A DNA stretch of 64,000 nucleotides from the IMG/VR virus record IMGVR_UViG_3300033463_000056, positions 30,279 through 94,278 of that record. One strand, written 5' to 3'. The notes under the pieces are model-generated. The model did not search any database, had not been told where the DNA came from, and saw only the letters and a list, made by a program, of their open reading frames with translations. Shown piece after piece: positions 38,163-48,565 of the stretch. The position numbers were made by a program, and so were the translations under genes. Numbering within the stretch: the stretch's first letter is position 1; every line of letters starts with the position of its first letter. This DNA comes from a virus (taxonomy: Duplodnaviria > Caudoviricetes).

Positions 38163-38714
38163 ATGCCAGACAAATTATTACTCACACCGGAAGTCAAGTT
38201 CTGTGTCAGATATCTCGTCAGTCGAGGAATCAATGCCTTCAATTTCAGGCAGGCTCAACTTGCCCTTGGAGACAATGATCCCGACTTTGAGCTTGTGAAG
38301 GTGACTGATGTAGAATATGATTTCTTTGAAGAGCTTGCAACGAAGCTTCGCGAGTTGTGGCCTCCTGGAGAAAAAGACGGGAAATGGCCTTGGCGAGATT
38401 CCGTTTCCAATCTATCACGGAGGTTGAAGACTCTTTGGAAAGACAGACAGTTGAAGGATATATCCATCGATGACTGCCTGATGGCTGCACGTCGTTACTT
38501 GGCTCAGTTCGAAGAGAATGCCAGGTATATGAAGACATTGAAGTATTTCATTCTCAAGCAGGATAAGCTCATTGCAGAGAATGGGCGAATCACATACACG
38601 AACAATTCTCTATTTGCCGATATGCTTGAAGGTAAGGTAGAGATTGGTGCCGGTATGGATGATGAATGGAATGCGATTCTTAACGGAACCGAAGATATAG
38701 GAGAAATTATATGA
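38163..38714 (+). CDS. putative replication initiator/helicase loader
   Basis: L.ELWP.G.K....WR...A.RY....YMKTLKYFILK; directly upstream of and overlapping the DnaB gene. Confidence 0.55.
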   Translation: MPDKLLLTPEVKFCVRYLVSRGINAFNFRQAQLALGDNDPDFELVKVTDVEYDFFEELATKLRELWPPGEKDGKWPWRDSVSNLSRRLKTLWKDRQLKDISIDDCLMAARRYLAQFEENARYMKTLKYFILKQDKLIAENGRITYTNNSLFADMLEGKVEIGAGMDDEWNAILNGTEDIGEII

Positions 38715-40003
38715 TTGAAGGCCATAATTCCATCAAGATTGATTACGGTGAAGAACCGGATGTCGATATTGCAATAGGTTGCGGTGCAAACTTCGATCTG
38801 TCTATGTCTGATGTTATCGCTGATTTACGCGAAAGAAAGAGAACTGTTGAAAAAGGTGGCATTAATTGTATTCCGCTTCCGTTCAAGAGATTTCGTAGCG
38901 AGATTCCCGGCATAGAACAGGAACAATATGTTGTTGTGACCGCACCTACCAAGGGCGGGAAGTCAATGTTCGCAAGTTTTGTATACCTATATCATGTTCT
39001 TGATTACTCTTTTGCGCATCCTGACCAGTGTTCTGTCCATGTGATTTATTTCGCATTGGAGGAGTCTCAGATGCGTATCAAGCACAGATATATATCTCAC
39101 CTGTTGTATCAGCTGGACCATATCCGCGTCTCTCCTACCGATCTTCGTTCAACTGATGTGGATTTTCCGTTGTCTGATGGAATTCTGAATCTTCTTGAAA
39201 CTCCAAGATATCAGGAAAGGCTTGAGTTCTTTGACAGATGCGTACAGTTCGAGACTGAAGATACTAATCCAACCGGTATCCTTCGCGTTTGTGAAGAGTA
39301 TGCGAAGTCTGTTGGTGAATATAAATCTGTCAAGAAGAAATCTCGTGGAAGTAACCAGGAAGTTGAGGTCTTTCAGTCTTATACCCCGTATGACAAGAAG
39401 CATTATAAGATTGTCTTCATAGACCATATCGGTCTTGTGGATTTGGAACGGGGTATGACGCTGAAGCAGTCGATGGATAAACTCTCCGAGTATTGTGTAA
39501 AGTATTTGCGTAATAGATACAAGTTCACTATCGTCGCTATTCAGCAGCAGGCTATGGAGAGTGAGGGACTTGAAGCAATCAAGCAAAAGCGGATGATGCC
39601 GAGTGTGGCTACTCTTGGTGATACCAAATATACCGCGAGAGATGCTAATCTTGTTATTGGCTTGTTTGATCCGTCATTCTTCGGACTTCCGACATTCAAC
39701 AAATATACGATACAGGACTCTTCCAATATCGGCTTGTTGAATTATTGTCGATTCGCTCAGCTCATTCGTGGCCGAGATGGAGAGCAGGGCGGTATATGTC
39801 CTTTGTTCTTCGATGGCGCCGTATGCCATTTCGAAGAATTGCCAAGATATGACGATCCGGTTATTGACCAGTATTACGCAAAAGCCAAACAGCTTAAGAT
39901 GGCGAAGCGGAACAAGACTCAACCGAAAGTCACTAATCTCACATTATTATCTCTTCTCAAGTTCAAACCCAAATGGAAGAAAACAAAGTTATTTTATCTG
40001 TAA
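38711..40003 (+). CDS. DnaB-like replicative helicase
   Basis: APTKGGKS, YFALEES, VFIDHIGL, IQQQ, GRDG. Confidence 0.9.
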   Translation: MIEGHNSIKIDYGEEPDVDIAIGCGANFDLSMSDVIADLRERKRTVEKGGINCIPLPFKRFRSEIPGIEQEQYVVVTAPTKGGKSMFASFVYLYHVLDYSFAHPDQCSVHVIYFALEESQMRIKHRYISHLLYQLDHIRVSPTDLRSTDVDFPLSDGILNLLETPRYQERLEFFDRCVQFETEDTNPTGILRVCEEYAKSVGEYKSVKKKSRGSNQEVEVFQSYTPYDKKHYKIVFIDHIGLVDLERGMTLKQSMDKLSEYCVKYLRNRYKFTIVAIQQQAMESEGLEAIKQKRMMPSVATLGDTKYTARDANLVIGLFDPSFFGLPTFNKYTIQDSSNIGLLNYCRFAQLIRGRDGEQGGICPLFFDGAVCHFEELPRYDDPVIDQYYAKAKQLKMAKRNKTQPKVTNLTLLSLLKFKPKWKKTKLFYL

Positions 40004-40227
40004 CAAAAGACGAAACAGGGTCTTCTGTCAAACTCGAAGCAAATGGGTCAGAAGAGCTTTTCGCCGTCGCTCTCGGTATTCACGAAGTAATTCAGAATTG
40101 TCCCGAAGTGTGCTTTTTCCTGAGCACCATCATTATGATGAGTAAGGACGAAAACTTCAAGAAGCAAATCGAAGAACATACTATCGAGATGCCCGATTTT
40201 GATTCAATCCTTAAAAACACTAAGTAA
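39973..40227 (+). CDS. hypothetical protein
   Basis: 84-aa ORF. Confidence 0.55.
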   Translation: MEENKVILSVTKDETGSSVKLEANGSEELFAVALGIHEVIQNCPEVCFFLSTIIMMSKDENFKKQIEEHTIEMPDFDSILKNTK

Positions 40228-40229
40228 TT

Positions 40230-40634
40230 ATGCCTCGCGGTAAAGATCTGACCACCACTGAACTGAACGAAATGAAGGGCCTTTTGAATGAAGGCTTATC
40301 TTATGGCGAAGTTGCCGAACTTCTCGGAAGGACGAAGAAGTCTGTTGCCAATGCCGCTTTCAGATATAAGCTGAAAGACAACAATGCTATCAAGAAAAAG
40401 AAGGAGACTCCAAAAGAATGGGAGAGCGAACTTGTCAAGAAGGTTATCGAGAATACCAATAAACCCGAAGGGCCCGTCGTGAAACAGCAACCCGTCAAGG
40501 AAAAGACGCTCAAGGATTTCAATCCGAGAGATATCATCAAGTATATGTATGAACTTGGCTATCGCATCGAGGACAATAAACTCGTGTGCTATGTCAAGCA
40601 GACAGTTAATGTAAAAGATATTGTAAATGGCTAA
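40230..40634 (+). CDS. HTH DNA-binding protein
   Basis: GLSYGEVAELLGRTKKSV HTH. Confidence 0.75.
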   Translation: MPRGKDLTTTELNEMKGLLNEGLSYGEVAELLGRTKKSVANAAFRYKLKDNNAIKKKKETPKEWESELVKKVIENTNKPEGPVVKQQPVKEKTLKDFNPRDIIKYMYELGYRIEDNKLVCYVKQTVNVKDIVNG

Positions 40635-41304
40635 AACTATTCTCATTTGCGGAAAGACTGGTACAGGTAAGACTTCCGCTATTCGTACACTCGATCCTTC
40701 GGAGACCGTTATCTTCAAGGTCATCAATCGCACGCTTCCGTTTAAGTTTGCCGGAGTGTATGGCAAGGAGCAGAAGAATTTGTTCAATGCTCCTACCTAT
40801 GAAGATGTTCTGAAAGGTCTTTCTTGGGCCAACAAGCAGCCGAATATCAAAAATGTCGTCATCACTGATGGTACTTATATCATTCGGCAGGAGTATTTCA
40901 AGCTCGCCGCCCAGAAAGGTTACGATAAGTACACTGCATTTGCGATGCATATGCAGCAGATTCTCAAGGCTATTCAGGAACTCCGTGATGACATTAAGGT
41001 GTTTATGGAGTATCATGTCGAAGTCGTGATGACTGATGGTGGCGCTGTCGAGTACAAGCCGTCTACTGTTGGTAAACTTCTGGACAGTCAGTACAACATT
41101 CTCGAGAATGTGGATATCGTTCTGTTTGCCAATCCACAGTATGAAGACAAGAAGATTACCTATGGCTTCGTGACTAATCGTACCATTGATCGTGCAGGTG
41201 CTGAGATTCCGGCGAAGTCTCCAATGGGCATGTTCGAGGATGAGTTCATTCCGAACGATCTTGCTCTTGTTGCGAAGAAGATTGATGAATTCTATGCGGA
41301 ATGA
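40627..41304 (+). CDS. AAA_24/Sak4-like ATPase
   Basis: GKTGTGKT, TVGKLLD, AKSPMGMF...IPND. Confidence 0.85.
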   Translation: MAKTILICGKTGTGKTSAIRTLDPSETVIFKVINRTLPFKFAGVYGKEQKNLFNAPTYEDVLKGLSWANKQPNIKNVVITDGTYIIRQEYFKLAAQKGYDKYTAFAMHMQQILKAIQELRDDIKVFMEYHVEVVMTDGGAVEYKPSTVGKLLDSQYNILENVDIVLFANPQYEDKKITYGFVTNRTIDRAGAEIPAKSPMGMFEDEFIPNDLALVAKKIDEFYAE

Positions 41305-42392
41305 CTAAAGATGAACTTCAAGGAATCGCAGCGCAAAGACTTGTGAAATCTCGAAGGCTTGTCTGTATGTGGGCTACTGGTACGGGTAAAAGCCGGGTGG
41401 CGTTGCGATTCCTTGAGGACCATCCTGGAATTACTTGTCTTATTCTCGTACCGGAGGAAAACAATATCCAGAACTGGCGTGATGAATTTGCGAAGTTTGG
41501 CGTCGATGATGCCAATGTGACGATCTCTTGTTACGCCTCTCTGCATAAGCACCTACATACAAGCTGGAATCTTCTCGTACTTGATGAAGTGCCGCATACT
41601 GATACAGAGAAACGGACCGCAATGCTCAAGACCGTTTGGGCGGATTATATCCTTGCTCTCGGTGCCGTTGTGGATGAACAGGAGATGAATTCCCTTAAAT
41701 CCGTTTACGGCACGTTCGATGTTTCGAGGATATCGCTTGAGCGGGCCATCGAAGAAGGATGGATACCAAGAGTGACCGTGAAGGTGATGCATATGCAGAT
41801 GGACGATACGGTACCGATGTACTGGTATATGGGAAGGACTTATACCGAGAAAGGATATTACAAGGTTCTAAACAACCAGGTGGAAAAAGCCGTTAATACT
41901 TATAACCAGAAAGCTAATGCTTTTAACAAGATGCGTATGCTTTCTGCGGGTAATGAACGAAAACGCTTTCTCGGCGAAAGAAAACTTAATGCTATTAAGC
42001 GTATTTGCGAGAAACTGGACCAGAAAGGAAAGCGTTATCTCTGCTTCTGTTCTTCTATCAAGCAAGCGAACGAATTGGGTGGAGAAAATGCTTTTACTTC
42101 CAAGAGCGCAAAGTCTTTCGCCCATCTTGACAAATTCAATAACCACGAGATAAACTCCCTGTTTGTCGTTGGCAAACTTATCGAGGGACAGAATCTAAAG
42201 GATATTGATTGCGGCGTCATCGGACAGCTTGGAGGAACTACACGAATCTCTGTTCAGCAGGTTGGAAGGGTATTAAGGAGTAAAGAGCCTGTGGTTTATA
42301 TCCCTGTATTTGACGGTACTAAAGATGATAGTTTTCTGTACACTGTAACAAGCAATATTTCAAGGGATTGCATCAAACATTACAAATTTTAA
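41301..42392 (+). CDS. SF2 helicase
   Basis: ATGTGKS, LDEVPH, EGQNL, QQVGRVLR. Confidence 0.88.
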   Translation: MTKDELQGIAAQRLVKSRRLVCMWATGTGKSRVALRFLEDHPGITCLILVPEENNIQNWRDEFAKFGVDDANVTISCYASLHKHLHTSWNLLVLDEVPHTDTEKRTAMLKTVWADYILALGAVVDEQEMNSLKSVYGTFDVSRISLERAIEEGWIPRVTVKVMHMQMDDTVPMYWYMGRTYTEKGYYKVLNNQVEKAVNTYNQKANAFNKMRMLSAGNERKRFLGERKLNAIKRICEKLDQKGKRYLCFCSSIKQANELGGENAFTSKSAKSFAHLDKFNNHEINSLFVVGKLIEGQNLKDIDCGVIGQLGGTTRISVQQVGRVLRSKEPVVYIPVFDGTKDDSFLYTVTSNISRDCIKHYKF

Positions 42393-42417
42393 TTAACTGA
42401 CTTAAATATTATAACCA

Positions 42418-43017
42418 ATGTTATCTGAACTTACCAAGAAAGGAATTCTTGCCATTAAAGGACTTTTGGATGAGTGCAAGGCAGGAATCGAGCAGACTAA
42501 TAAGGACCTCGAGGTCATCGACGAGAAGTATCGGAAGATTATCGCCGAAGAGAAGAAAACGCTGAAGGGTAATCTTGCCGAGTATAAGGCGCAGATGAAG
42601 CAGTATGAGAAGATGTTCTCGTCTTTCGATGCCACGGCTGTCAAGGAAGTACTGGGCGATTTCGAGTCTACGGTGACCGAAGAGCCTGACGCTGTTGCGG
42701 AGACAACGCCTACCGAGGAAGACGAAGGAACTGTTTTCGACACCGTTTTCCCGGAAAACAATACCGAGGAGGAAGAGGAGGAGAAGGAAGACGAGAAGGA
42801 ACTTGTTCCTGTTCTTGCGGAAGAGAAGAAGGACCTCGATGCGGAAGAAGATGCCGACTGGGACGAGAAGATTGAATCTGGAGAAATCAAAAAGATGACA
42901 CAGGAAGATATCGTCAATTCTCTTGAAGCGGCAGGATTCGTCAATGTGGAGAAGAAGGAGGTCCCTACTCTCGTAGATGGAGAAGATGATTGGCCTATTC
43001 CTGAAGACTGGAAGTAA
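42418..43017 (+). CDS. coiled-coil plus acidic-tail protein
   Basis: Highly acidic C-terminus. Confidence 0.65.
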   Translation: MLSELTKKGILAIKGLLDECKAGIEQTNKDLEVIDEKYRKIIAEEKKTLKGNLAEYKAQMKQYEKMFSSFDATAVKEVLGDFESTVTEEPDAVAETTPTEEDEGTVFDTVFPENNTEEEEEEKEDEKELVPVLAEEKKDLDAEEDADWDEKIESGEIKKMTQEDIVNSLEAAGFVNVEKKEVPTLVDGEDDWPIPEDWK

Positions 43018-43382
43018 TGGGCTACTACACTTCATATAGTCTTTCCATCGAAGCCGACAAAGGTTATGAGCTTGATGAAGAGCGTTTTCAGGTTGCGCTT
43101 TTAGAAGCAACCAAGCACGCTGACGGACACTATGATAGTGAGGTTAAAGATCTCATAAACACTGGTGTGTGGGGGAAACTCTACGATATTGTTGATACAA
43201 TTACTGAAATAGCCGTCAATTTCCCACATCTTCTCATTATGCTTTCCGGAGATGGAGAGGATAGTGATGATTTATGGGAACAAAGATGGAAGGGCAGTGA
43301 AAAAGAATATCAGATATTCACGATTCCTCCGTTTCAGAATCCTAATCTCAAGACCGAATACGAAAAGAAAAACGATTGTTAA
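43017..43382 (+). CDS. hypothetical protein
   Basis: MGY.T.Y...L.GDGEDSDDLW pattern common in phages. Confidence 0.65.
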   Translation: MGYYTSYSLSIEADKGYELDEERFQVALLEATKHADGHYDSEVKDLINTGVWGKLYDIVDTITEIAVNFPHLLIMLSGDGEDSDDLWEQRWKGSEKEYQIFTIPPFQNPNLKTEYEKKNDC

Positions 43383-43394
43383 ACATTTATAACT

Positions 43395-44357
43395 ATGATT
43401 GAAAACTCTAACGCTTCTAAAAACAGTTCTGGCGAGAACTATGTCGATGTCAAAAAGTATATCGGTGTGGCATCCGTGAATGTTCTCGCAGTCAATCCCA
43501 ACAATGCTATGCTCCGTATGTATGGCTGGCAGATTCCTGACGATGCTGATGAGCCGAAGTATGTGACTACGAACAATGACGGCAAGCCTTCTGCCCGTGT
43601 CCGTTTCCTTGCTCAAATTCAGGATCTGGATGACAAGCCTGTTGTCGCTCTCGATTTCTGGATTCGTCCGGATGTCTATTTCAACAGCGATATGACCAAG
43701 TGCCAGGTCATCGATGCTTATGGTCGTACTGCCTGGGCTTCCAAGACGGAGGTTCAGAAGCACGAGATTCCGGTGCTTTCTACGGGTAGCCGTGCGAATA
43801 TCAGTTCCGATTATAAGCCGGCTCACCGTGGTCAGGCTGAAATCATCGCATTTCTTCTGAAGTATCTGAATGTGACTCCGCTTCAGATGTTCAGCAAAGA
43901 CAGGAACGAGTGGGTTCCTACGAAGAATCCGGGACGCCTCACCATTGATAACTGGAGTCTTCTGTGCAATGGTAACGCAAACGAGGTCAAGGAATATGTC
44001 TCTCTTCGGCCCGATAACCGCGTGAAGGTTATTCTCGGTATTCGCACTACTGATGACAACAAGACTTATCAGTCCGTTCTTATCGGCGATAGCAAAAGTG
44101 GCGCGTTCATTGGTAACGGTGCTCGTGTTGATATCACCACTGGTGAATATACTTCTGCTCGGAAGGCTATCGATAAAGCCCGTAAGTGGTATGACGAGAA
44201 CGATAAGGATTATCCGTTCATCTATTCCGCTGCCCCGGTCAAGGAGTGGACTCAGACTGCTACCGAAGTTCAGGACAATTCCACGGCTGAGGATATGCCT
44301 GACTTCGATAGCCCCGAATATACGACTTACGACGAAACGGATCTTCCGTTCAAGTAA
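43395..44357 (+). CDS. crAss-like single-stranded DNA-binding protein
   Basis: Y.GVASVNVLAVNP; QVIDAYGRTAW; acidic tail ending DLPFK. Confidence 0.75.
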   Translation: MIENSNASKNSSGENYVDVKKYIGVASVNVLAVNPNNAMLRMYGWQIPDDADEPKYVTTNNDGKPSARVRFLAQIQDLDDKPVVALDFWIRPDVYFNSDMTKCQVIDAYGRTAWASKTEVQKHEIPVLSTGSRANISSDYKPAHRGQAEIIAFLLKYLNVTPLQMFSKDRNEWVPTKNPGRLTIDNWSLLCNGNANEVKEYVSLRPDNRVKVILGIRTTDDNKTYQSVLIGDSKSGAFIGNGARVDITTGEYTSARKAIDKARKWYDENDKDYPFIYSAAPVKEWTQTATEVQDNSTAEDMPDFDSPEYTTYDETDLPFK

Positions 44358-44368
44358 TCGTTAAGGCG

Positions 44369-45442
44369 ATGAGTCGCCAATTCTTTCAAATGATAACGCA
44401 GACAAAGAAGAATACCCACGATATAAGGCGTGAGGATATCTCTTTGTCTGACCGGGAAATCCTTCATCGGTATATGGGGTTGAAGGATTTCCCTTGTTCT
44501 ATCAATTCTCCGCTTCGGGATGATGACAAGAATCCGTCGTTTTCGTTGACTGAACGGAACGGTACGGTATTCTGGTATGATTTCGGAACGGGTGAAGGAG
44601 GAACGGCGACAACCTTGATGGCGAAATTATGGAATGTATCTTATTCCGAAGCACTGCTGAAGATAAAGCTCGATACGGGGGAGCCAATCCCCCGTGTTGG
44701 GCTTATCAGAAAATATAGGGGAAAGATACATCTGACCAACAGTTCTTCATTGAAGGTAAAGACTCGCGAATGGAAAGACTGGGACAGGGAATTCTGGAAC
44801 AGTTTCGGAATCAGCGAGCAGTTCGCCAAATGGTGTAATGTATATCCCATATCTCACGCTTTTTTCACGCGTCCAGATGAGAATGGCAAAGACCATACAA
44901 CCTGCGTCCCGATGGATAAGTATGCCTATGCCTATTTTGAGTGGAAGGACGGGAAGGAGAGCATTAAGCTCTATCAGCCGTATTCCACGACGATGAAGTG
45001 GTTGTCCAAGCACGACCATTCCGTCTGGGATTTATGGAAGCAGGCTTTCAAATGGGCGGAGAAGAAGAGCGACGAATGCCTGATATTGACTTCATCGAGG
45101 AAAGATGCCATGTGTCTCTGGGAGAATCTTGGAGTACCGGCTATGTCCTTGCAGGGCGAAGGATATGTACCAAAGCCTCAGGTGATGAAACAGGTCTTGG
45201 ATAGGTTCAAACAAGTCTATATCTGGTATGACAACGATTTCAGCCATAAGGATGATAATCCCGGACAGGATAACGCGAAGAAAATAATAGAAGCATATCC
45301 GTCTATTGTCAATATTTGCATACCGGAAATATATCAGAGCAAGGATCCGAGCGATTTGTTCAAGAACCACGGATATCAGGCATTGAAGGATATATGGGAT
45401 ATCAATAGAATCAATTATGAAAGTAATAGTACTGAATTATAG
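44369..45442 (+). CDS. DNA primase
   Basis: SPLRDDDKNPSF...DFGTG; KLYQP; TSSRKD; Toprim YDND; KDPSD. Confidence 0.9.
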   Translation: MSRQFFQMITQTKKNTHDIRREDISLSDREILHRYMGLKDFPCSINSPLRDDDKNPSFSLTERNGTVFWYDFGTGEGGTATTLMAKLWNVSYSEALLKIKLDTGEPIPRVGLIRKYRGKIHLTNSSSLKVKTREWKDWDREFWNSFGISEQFAKWCNVYPISHAFFTRPDENGKDHTTCVPMDKYAYAYFEWKDGKESIKLYQPYSTTMKWLSKHDHSVWDLWKQAFKWAEKKSDECLILTSSRKDAMCLWENLGVPAMSLQGEGYVPKPQVMKQVLDRFKQVYIWYDNDFSHKDDNPGQDNAKKIIEAYPSIVNICIPEIYQSKDPSDLFKNHGYQALKDIWDINRINYESNSTEL

Positions 45443-45632
45443 CGGATGTTATGTGGAAGTCTCAGATGTGCCGATGCAGATTGCAAATGCAATGAATGAA
45501 GGCAGGATGGATGACACGGAAGCACTCAGCTATATGGGATATGATTTGGATGGCATCCATTGGATGTTCTCCGAGAATGATCAGTTTCCAGTCTTTTGGA
45601 AGAATGAGGTTGCACCTTATGCTACATTGTGA
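45417..45632 (+). CDS. hypothetical protein
   Basis: 71-aa ORF. Confidence 0.55.
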   Translation: MKVIVLNYSGCYVEVSDVPMQIANAMNEGRMDDTEALSYMGYDLDGIHWMFSENDQFPVFWKNEVAPYATL

Positions 45633-46021
45633 TGACAAGGGAAGAATTTAAATCTCACGACTGGAAAATAGGAGAGGTTCTTTATATCGTCGGATATAGG
45701 AGATGTTATCATTTCAGCATTCCAACAAGAGTTATAAGGGCGAAACTTGTCAATGACGATTGCGGCTGGCATTTCATGGAAGCCTGTAATAAGAAATACC
45801 ATGAGATGATGCCGTTCTATGGGTTCAAAACCTATGACCGAGCTTTCTGCGATGTGTTCTTCAACAAGGAAGACGCGCAGAAAAAGTTGGAAGAAAAGAT
45901 TGGCGACTTCAAAAAGAACCATCTTGTAAATTTCAGGGACTTTCTTGTCAGCAAGTTGTATGAGCTTGACAAGGAGAAGAACCGTATCCTGAACAGGTTT
46001 AAACTGGAAATCTTTTATTGA
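45629..46021 (+). CDS. hypothetical protein
   Basis: 130-aa ORF. Confidence 0.55.
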   Translation: MMTREEFKSHDWKIGEVLYIVGYRRCYHFSIPTRVIRAKLVNDDCGWHFMEACNKKYHEMMPFYGFKTYDRAFCDVFFNKEDAQKKLEEKIGDFKKNHLVNFRDFLVSKLYELDKEKNRILNRFKLEIFY

Positions 46022-46022
46022 T

Positions 46023-47399
46023 ATGGATTTTGAGAAAATCTGTACGATCTTTTCGATGCAGGAACCCTATTATGGAATTCTGTTATCTGCTATGGACAGA
46101 TTTCAGACTACGAAAATTCCTACAATGGGAGTGTGCAAGTCTGGAAATGTATTCAGGTTGGGATATAATCCGTCTTTCGTAGAGAACAAGGATCTGAATA
46201 CGATGCTTGCATATCTGAAGCACGAAGTCCTTCATGTCGCTTTCAACCATTTTACTCTCTTCGACACAGAACCGTCTTGCCAGGCGGAACAGACGCTTCG
46301 GAATATGGCGGCTGATTTGGAAGTGAACAGTTATGTCGACTTCTCGAATGCAGACTCGAGAGGATTATTGTTTGCAAAGGATTTTGGCTGGGACAATCGT
46401 CTTGGAACAATGGAGTATTATCGTAGGCTCTCCCAGACAAATCAGCAACAGCAACAGCCTCAACAGCAGAAAGCAAAGGCGAAGAATCCGAGCAAGCCGT
46501 GTAATGGCGGACAGGGTGGTCAGTCCCAACAGAATCAGCAGCAGAATCAGCCGCAAGGCAACCGTCAGACCCCGCAGCAATCCGGAAAACCACAGAACGG
46601 TAATGATGATGATGCAGCGGATGATTTTACGGACCGTTCACAGCCGCAGGAAGACACGGAATTGTCTCCGCAGATGCAGCAGGAAGCCGAGAAGTCTTTC
46701 GATGACCACTCTATGTGGCCTAAGGATATGACGGAAGATGAGGTTGAGAACTTGAAACAGGCGATTGATGACCTTTGTGAATTTGCCGCTGAAGAAGTGG
46801 AGAAGTCTTGTGGTAAGCTTCCTGGTGAAATGGAAGGAAGAATCAAACTCATTCGCGAGAAGAAAAGGCCGAAACCCGTCGCTGACTGGAAGAAGTATTT
46901 CCGTCGTTATATCGGTAATGAGTTCTCTGACCAGATTAAGAAGTCTCGCAAGAGAGAATCCAAGCGTTTCCCGGATGCTGCTGGTAACCGTCATAAGCGC
47001 AAGTCTCATATTCTCGTCGGTATAGATACTTCCGGTTCCGTATCGATGCCGGAATATAACGAGTTCTTCGGTCAGATCAAGACGATGAAGGATGTAACTT
47101 TCCATGTCGTAGAGTGTGATGCAATGATTCAGCACGAGTACGACTTCCACGGTATCGTCCCTCAGACTCTTCACGGCGGTGGAGGAACAAGCTTCCAGCC
47201 GGTTGTAGATATGTATAATAGGAACCGAAGGAGGTATGAGGGTCTCGTCTATTTCACTGATGGTGAGTGTTGTATTCCTCGCGATACTCCGAAGGAAACA
47301 CTTTGGGTTGTTTCTTCAAGAGGTGACCATAACAGAAAGAAGTATCTCGTGAATGGTGCTTCAGTAGTGTTTATTCCAAAGAAACAGAACAATGCCTAA
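46023..47399 (+). CDS. DUF2201-like metallopeptidase plus VWA domain protein
   Basis: HEVLH; Q-rich linker; DTSGS, GGGT, FTDG MIDAS motifs. Confidence 0.88.
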   Translation: MDFEKICTIFSMQEPYYGILLSAMDRFQTTKIPTMGVCKSGNVFRLGYNPSFVENKDLNTMLAYLKHEVLHVAFNHFTLFDTEPSCQAEQTLRNMAADLEVNSYVDFSNADSRGLLFAKDFGWDNRLGTMEYYRRLSQTNQQQQQPQQQKAKAKNPSKPCNGGQGGQSQQNQQQNQPQGNRQTPQQSGKPQNGNDDDAADDFTDRSQPQEDTELSPQMQQEAEKSFDDHSMWPKDMTEDEVENLKQAIDDLCEFAAEEVEKSCGKLPGEMEGRIKLIREKKRPKPVADWKKYFRRYIGNEFSDQIKKSRKRESKRFPDAAGNRHKRKSHILVGIDTSGSVSMPEYNEFFGQIKTMKDVTFHVVECDAMIQHEYDFHGIVPQTLHGGGGTSFQPVVDMYNRNRRRYEGLVYFTDGECCIPRDTPKETLWVVSSRGDHNRKKYLVNGASVVFIPKKQNNA

Positions 47400-47973
47400 C
47401 TGGTGCAATACTGATTATAAGATTTTCGGAGAGAAGGAAGAGCTTGATAAGCTTTATTCCATTATTGAAGAATTGGCAAAGCTTCCTGAGCCTCGAATTC
47501 CAAATGGATTTGGTAAACTGTGGCTCGGTTGTTTGATTGACGCCCTTGGAGGTGATTGGGATGATGTTTATTGCCGTGGCGAGATTACTGATTACAGAAG
47601 GGATGAAGATTGTGTCGTGATAGCTACGGAGACGGCTTGGGCTGAAATGGATCTGGTAAGACATTTCCTGGAAGAGAAATTCCCGAGTTTTGACATCTAC
47701 TATATCTCCGAAGAGGGAGGAATGGGAGAATACTATACGAACGACAAAGATGGTAGTATATTCCATACTCGATATGCGGTGGATTTGGAGGACTATGACT
47801 ATGAGTATTTTGAAACGATTGAAGGCGCTGCTGAATGGATCAATAAAGCTGAAGGATATGACTTCCATGTGGAGCCGACTGAAGAATCTATCAGAGCTGC
47901 ATTCGATGAGTTCGAAGAAGAAAACGAAGACAGATATGTCAATTTCATCAAGTTCAAATATGATGGGAGTTAA
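47392..47973 (+). CDS. DUF1281/Api92-like protein
   Basis: MPNWC.T...TETAW...YISEE.G. Confidence 0.65.
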   Translation: MPNWCNTDYKIFGEKEELDKLYSIIEELAKLPEPRIPNGFGKLWLGCLIDALGGDWDDVYCRGEITDYRRDEDCVVIATETAWAEMDLVRHFLEEKFPSFDIYYISEEGGMGEYYTNDKDGSIFHTRYAVDLEDYDYEYFETIEGAAEWINKAEGYDFHVEPTEESIRAAFDEFEEENEDRYVNFIKFKYDGS

Positions 47974-48142
47974 AGTAGGAGACAGGATCAAGATTGTCAA
48001 ATTGGAAGACCCGTATGCCTTGGACACTTATAACGGAAGGCAGGGAATCGTAGAGCATATCGATTCCATCGGGCAGTTACATGGTACTTGGGGAGGTCTT
48101 GCCGTTATCCCCGGAGAAGACGAATTTGAAATCGTAAGATGA
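47960..48142 (+). CDS. DUF4314-like protein
   Basis: GDRI...G.VEHIDSIGQLHGTWGGLAVIPGED. Confidence 0.75.
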   Translation: MMGVKVGDRIKIVKLEDPYALDTYNGRQGIVEHIDSIGQLHGTWGGLAVIPGEDEFEIVR

Positions 48143-48311
48143 AGAAAATCCAAATGGTTTATGAATTCGATTCTGCTGAAAGATATATCATATGTCAATT
48201 AGCTTATGAGGCGATGAAGAAAATGGAGGATGAAAACGGCGAAATTGAACATTTGACTGTCACGCAGAAGAAGATTTACGATGTCTTGCATGGTATTTAT
48301 CAGACAATAGA

Positions 48312-48563
48312 ATGAAAGACGTTATCAAACAATTACAGGAGTACCAGCTTGATGCGGCTCAGAAGGGTATTTCCTATGACCTGGAAATCAATGTACAGGA
48401 TTCAAGCATCACTTCCGTCACTGTGAAGATGTATCACAGTGATGTTGGCGAAGTCCTTGATTATCGTAGCTTCAACACTTCTATCAGTGTGGATGATAAG
48501 TTCAGGTCATTTAAGCTGAAGCGCATCGAGAAGTTTATCAAGAATGTAGAAGAAGAAAAGTAA
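48312..48563 (+). CDS. hypothetical protein
   Basis: 83-aa ORF. Confidence 0.55.
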   Translation: MKDVIKQLQEYQLDAAQKGISYDLEINVQDSSITSVTVKMYHSDVGEVLDYRSFNTSISVDDKFRSFKLKRIEKFIKNVEEEK

Positions 48564-48565
48564 TT

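Noticed and set aside
42373-42404. AATTAACTGACTTA resembles the right arm of the cassette sites
   Set aside because: No CCCT spacer or matching left arm, and it follows a core helicase gene; may be chance or a decayed site.
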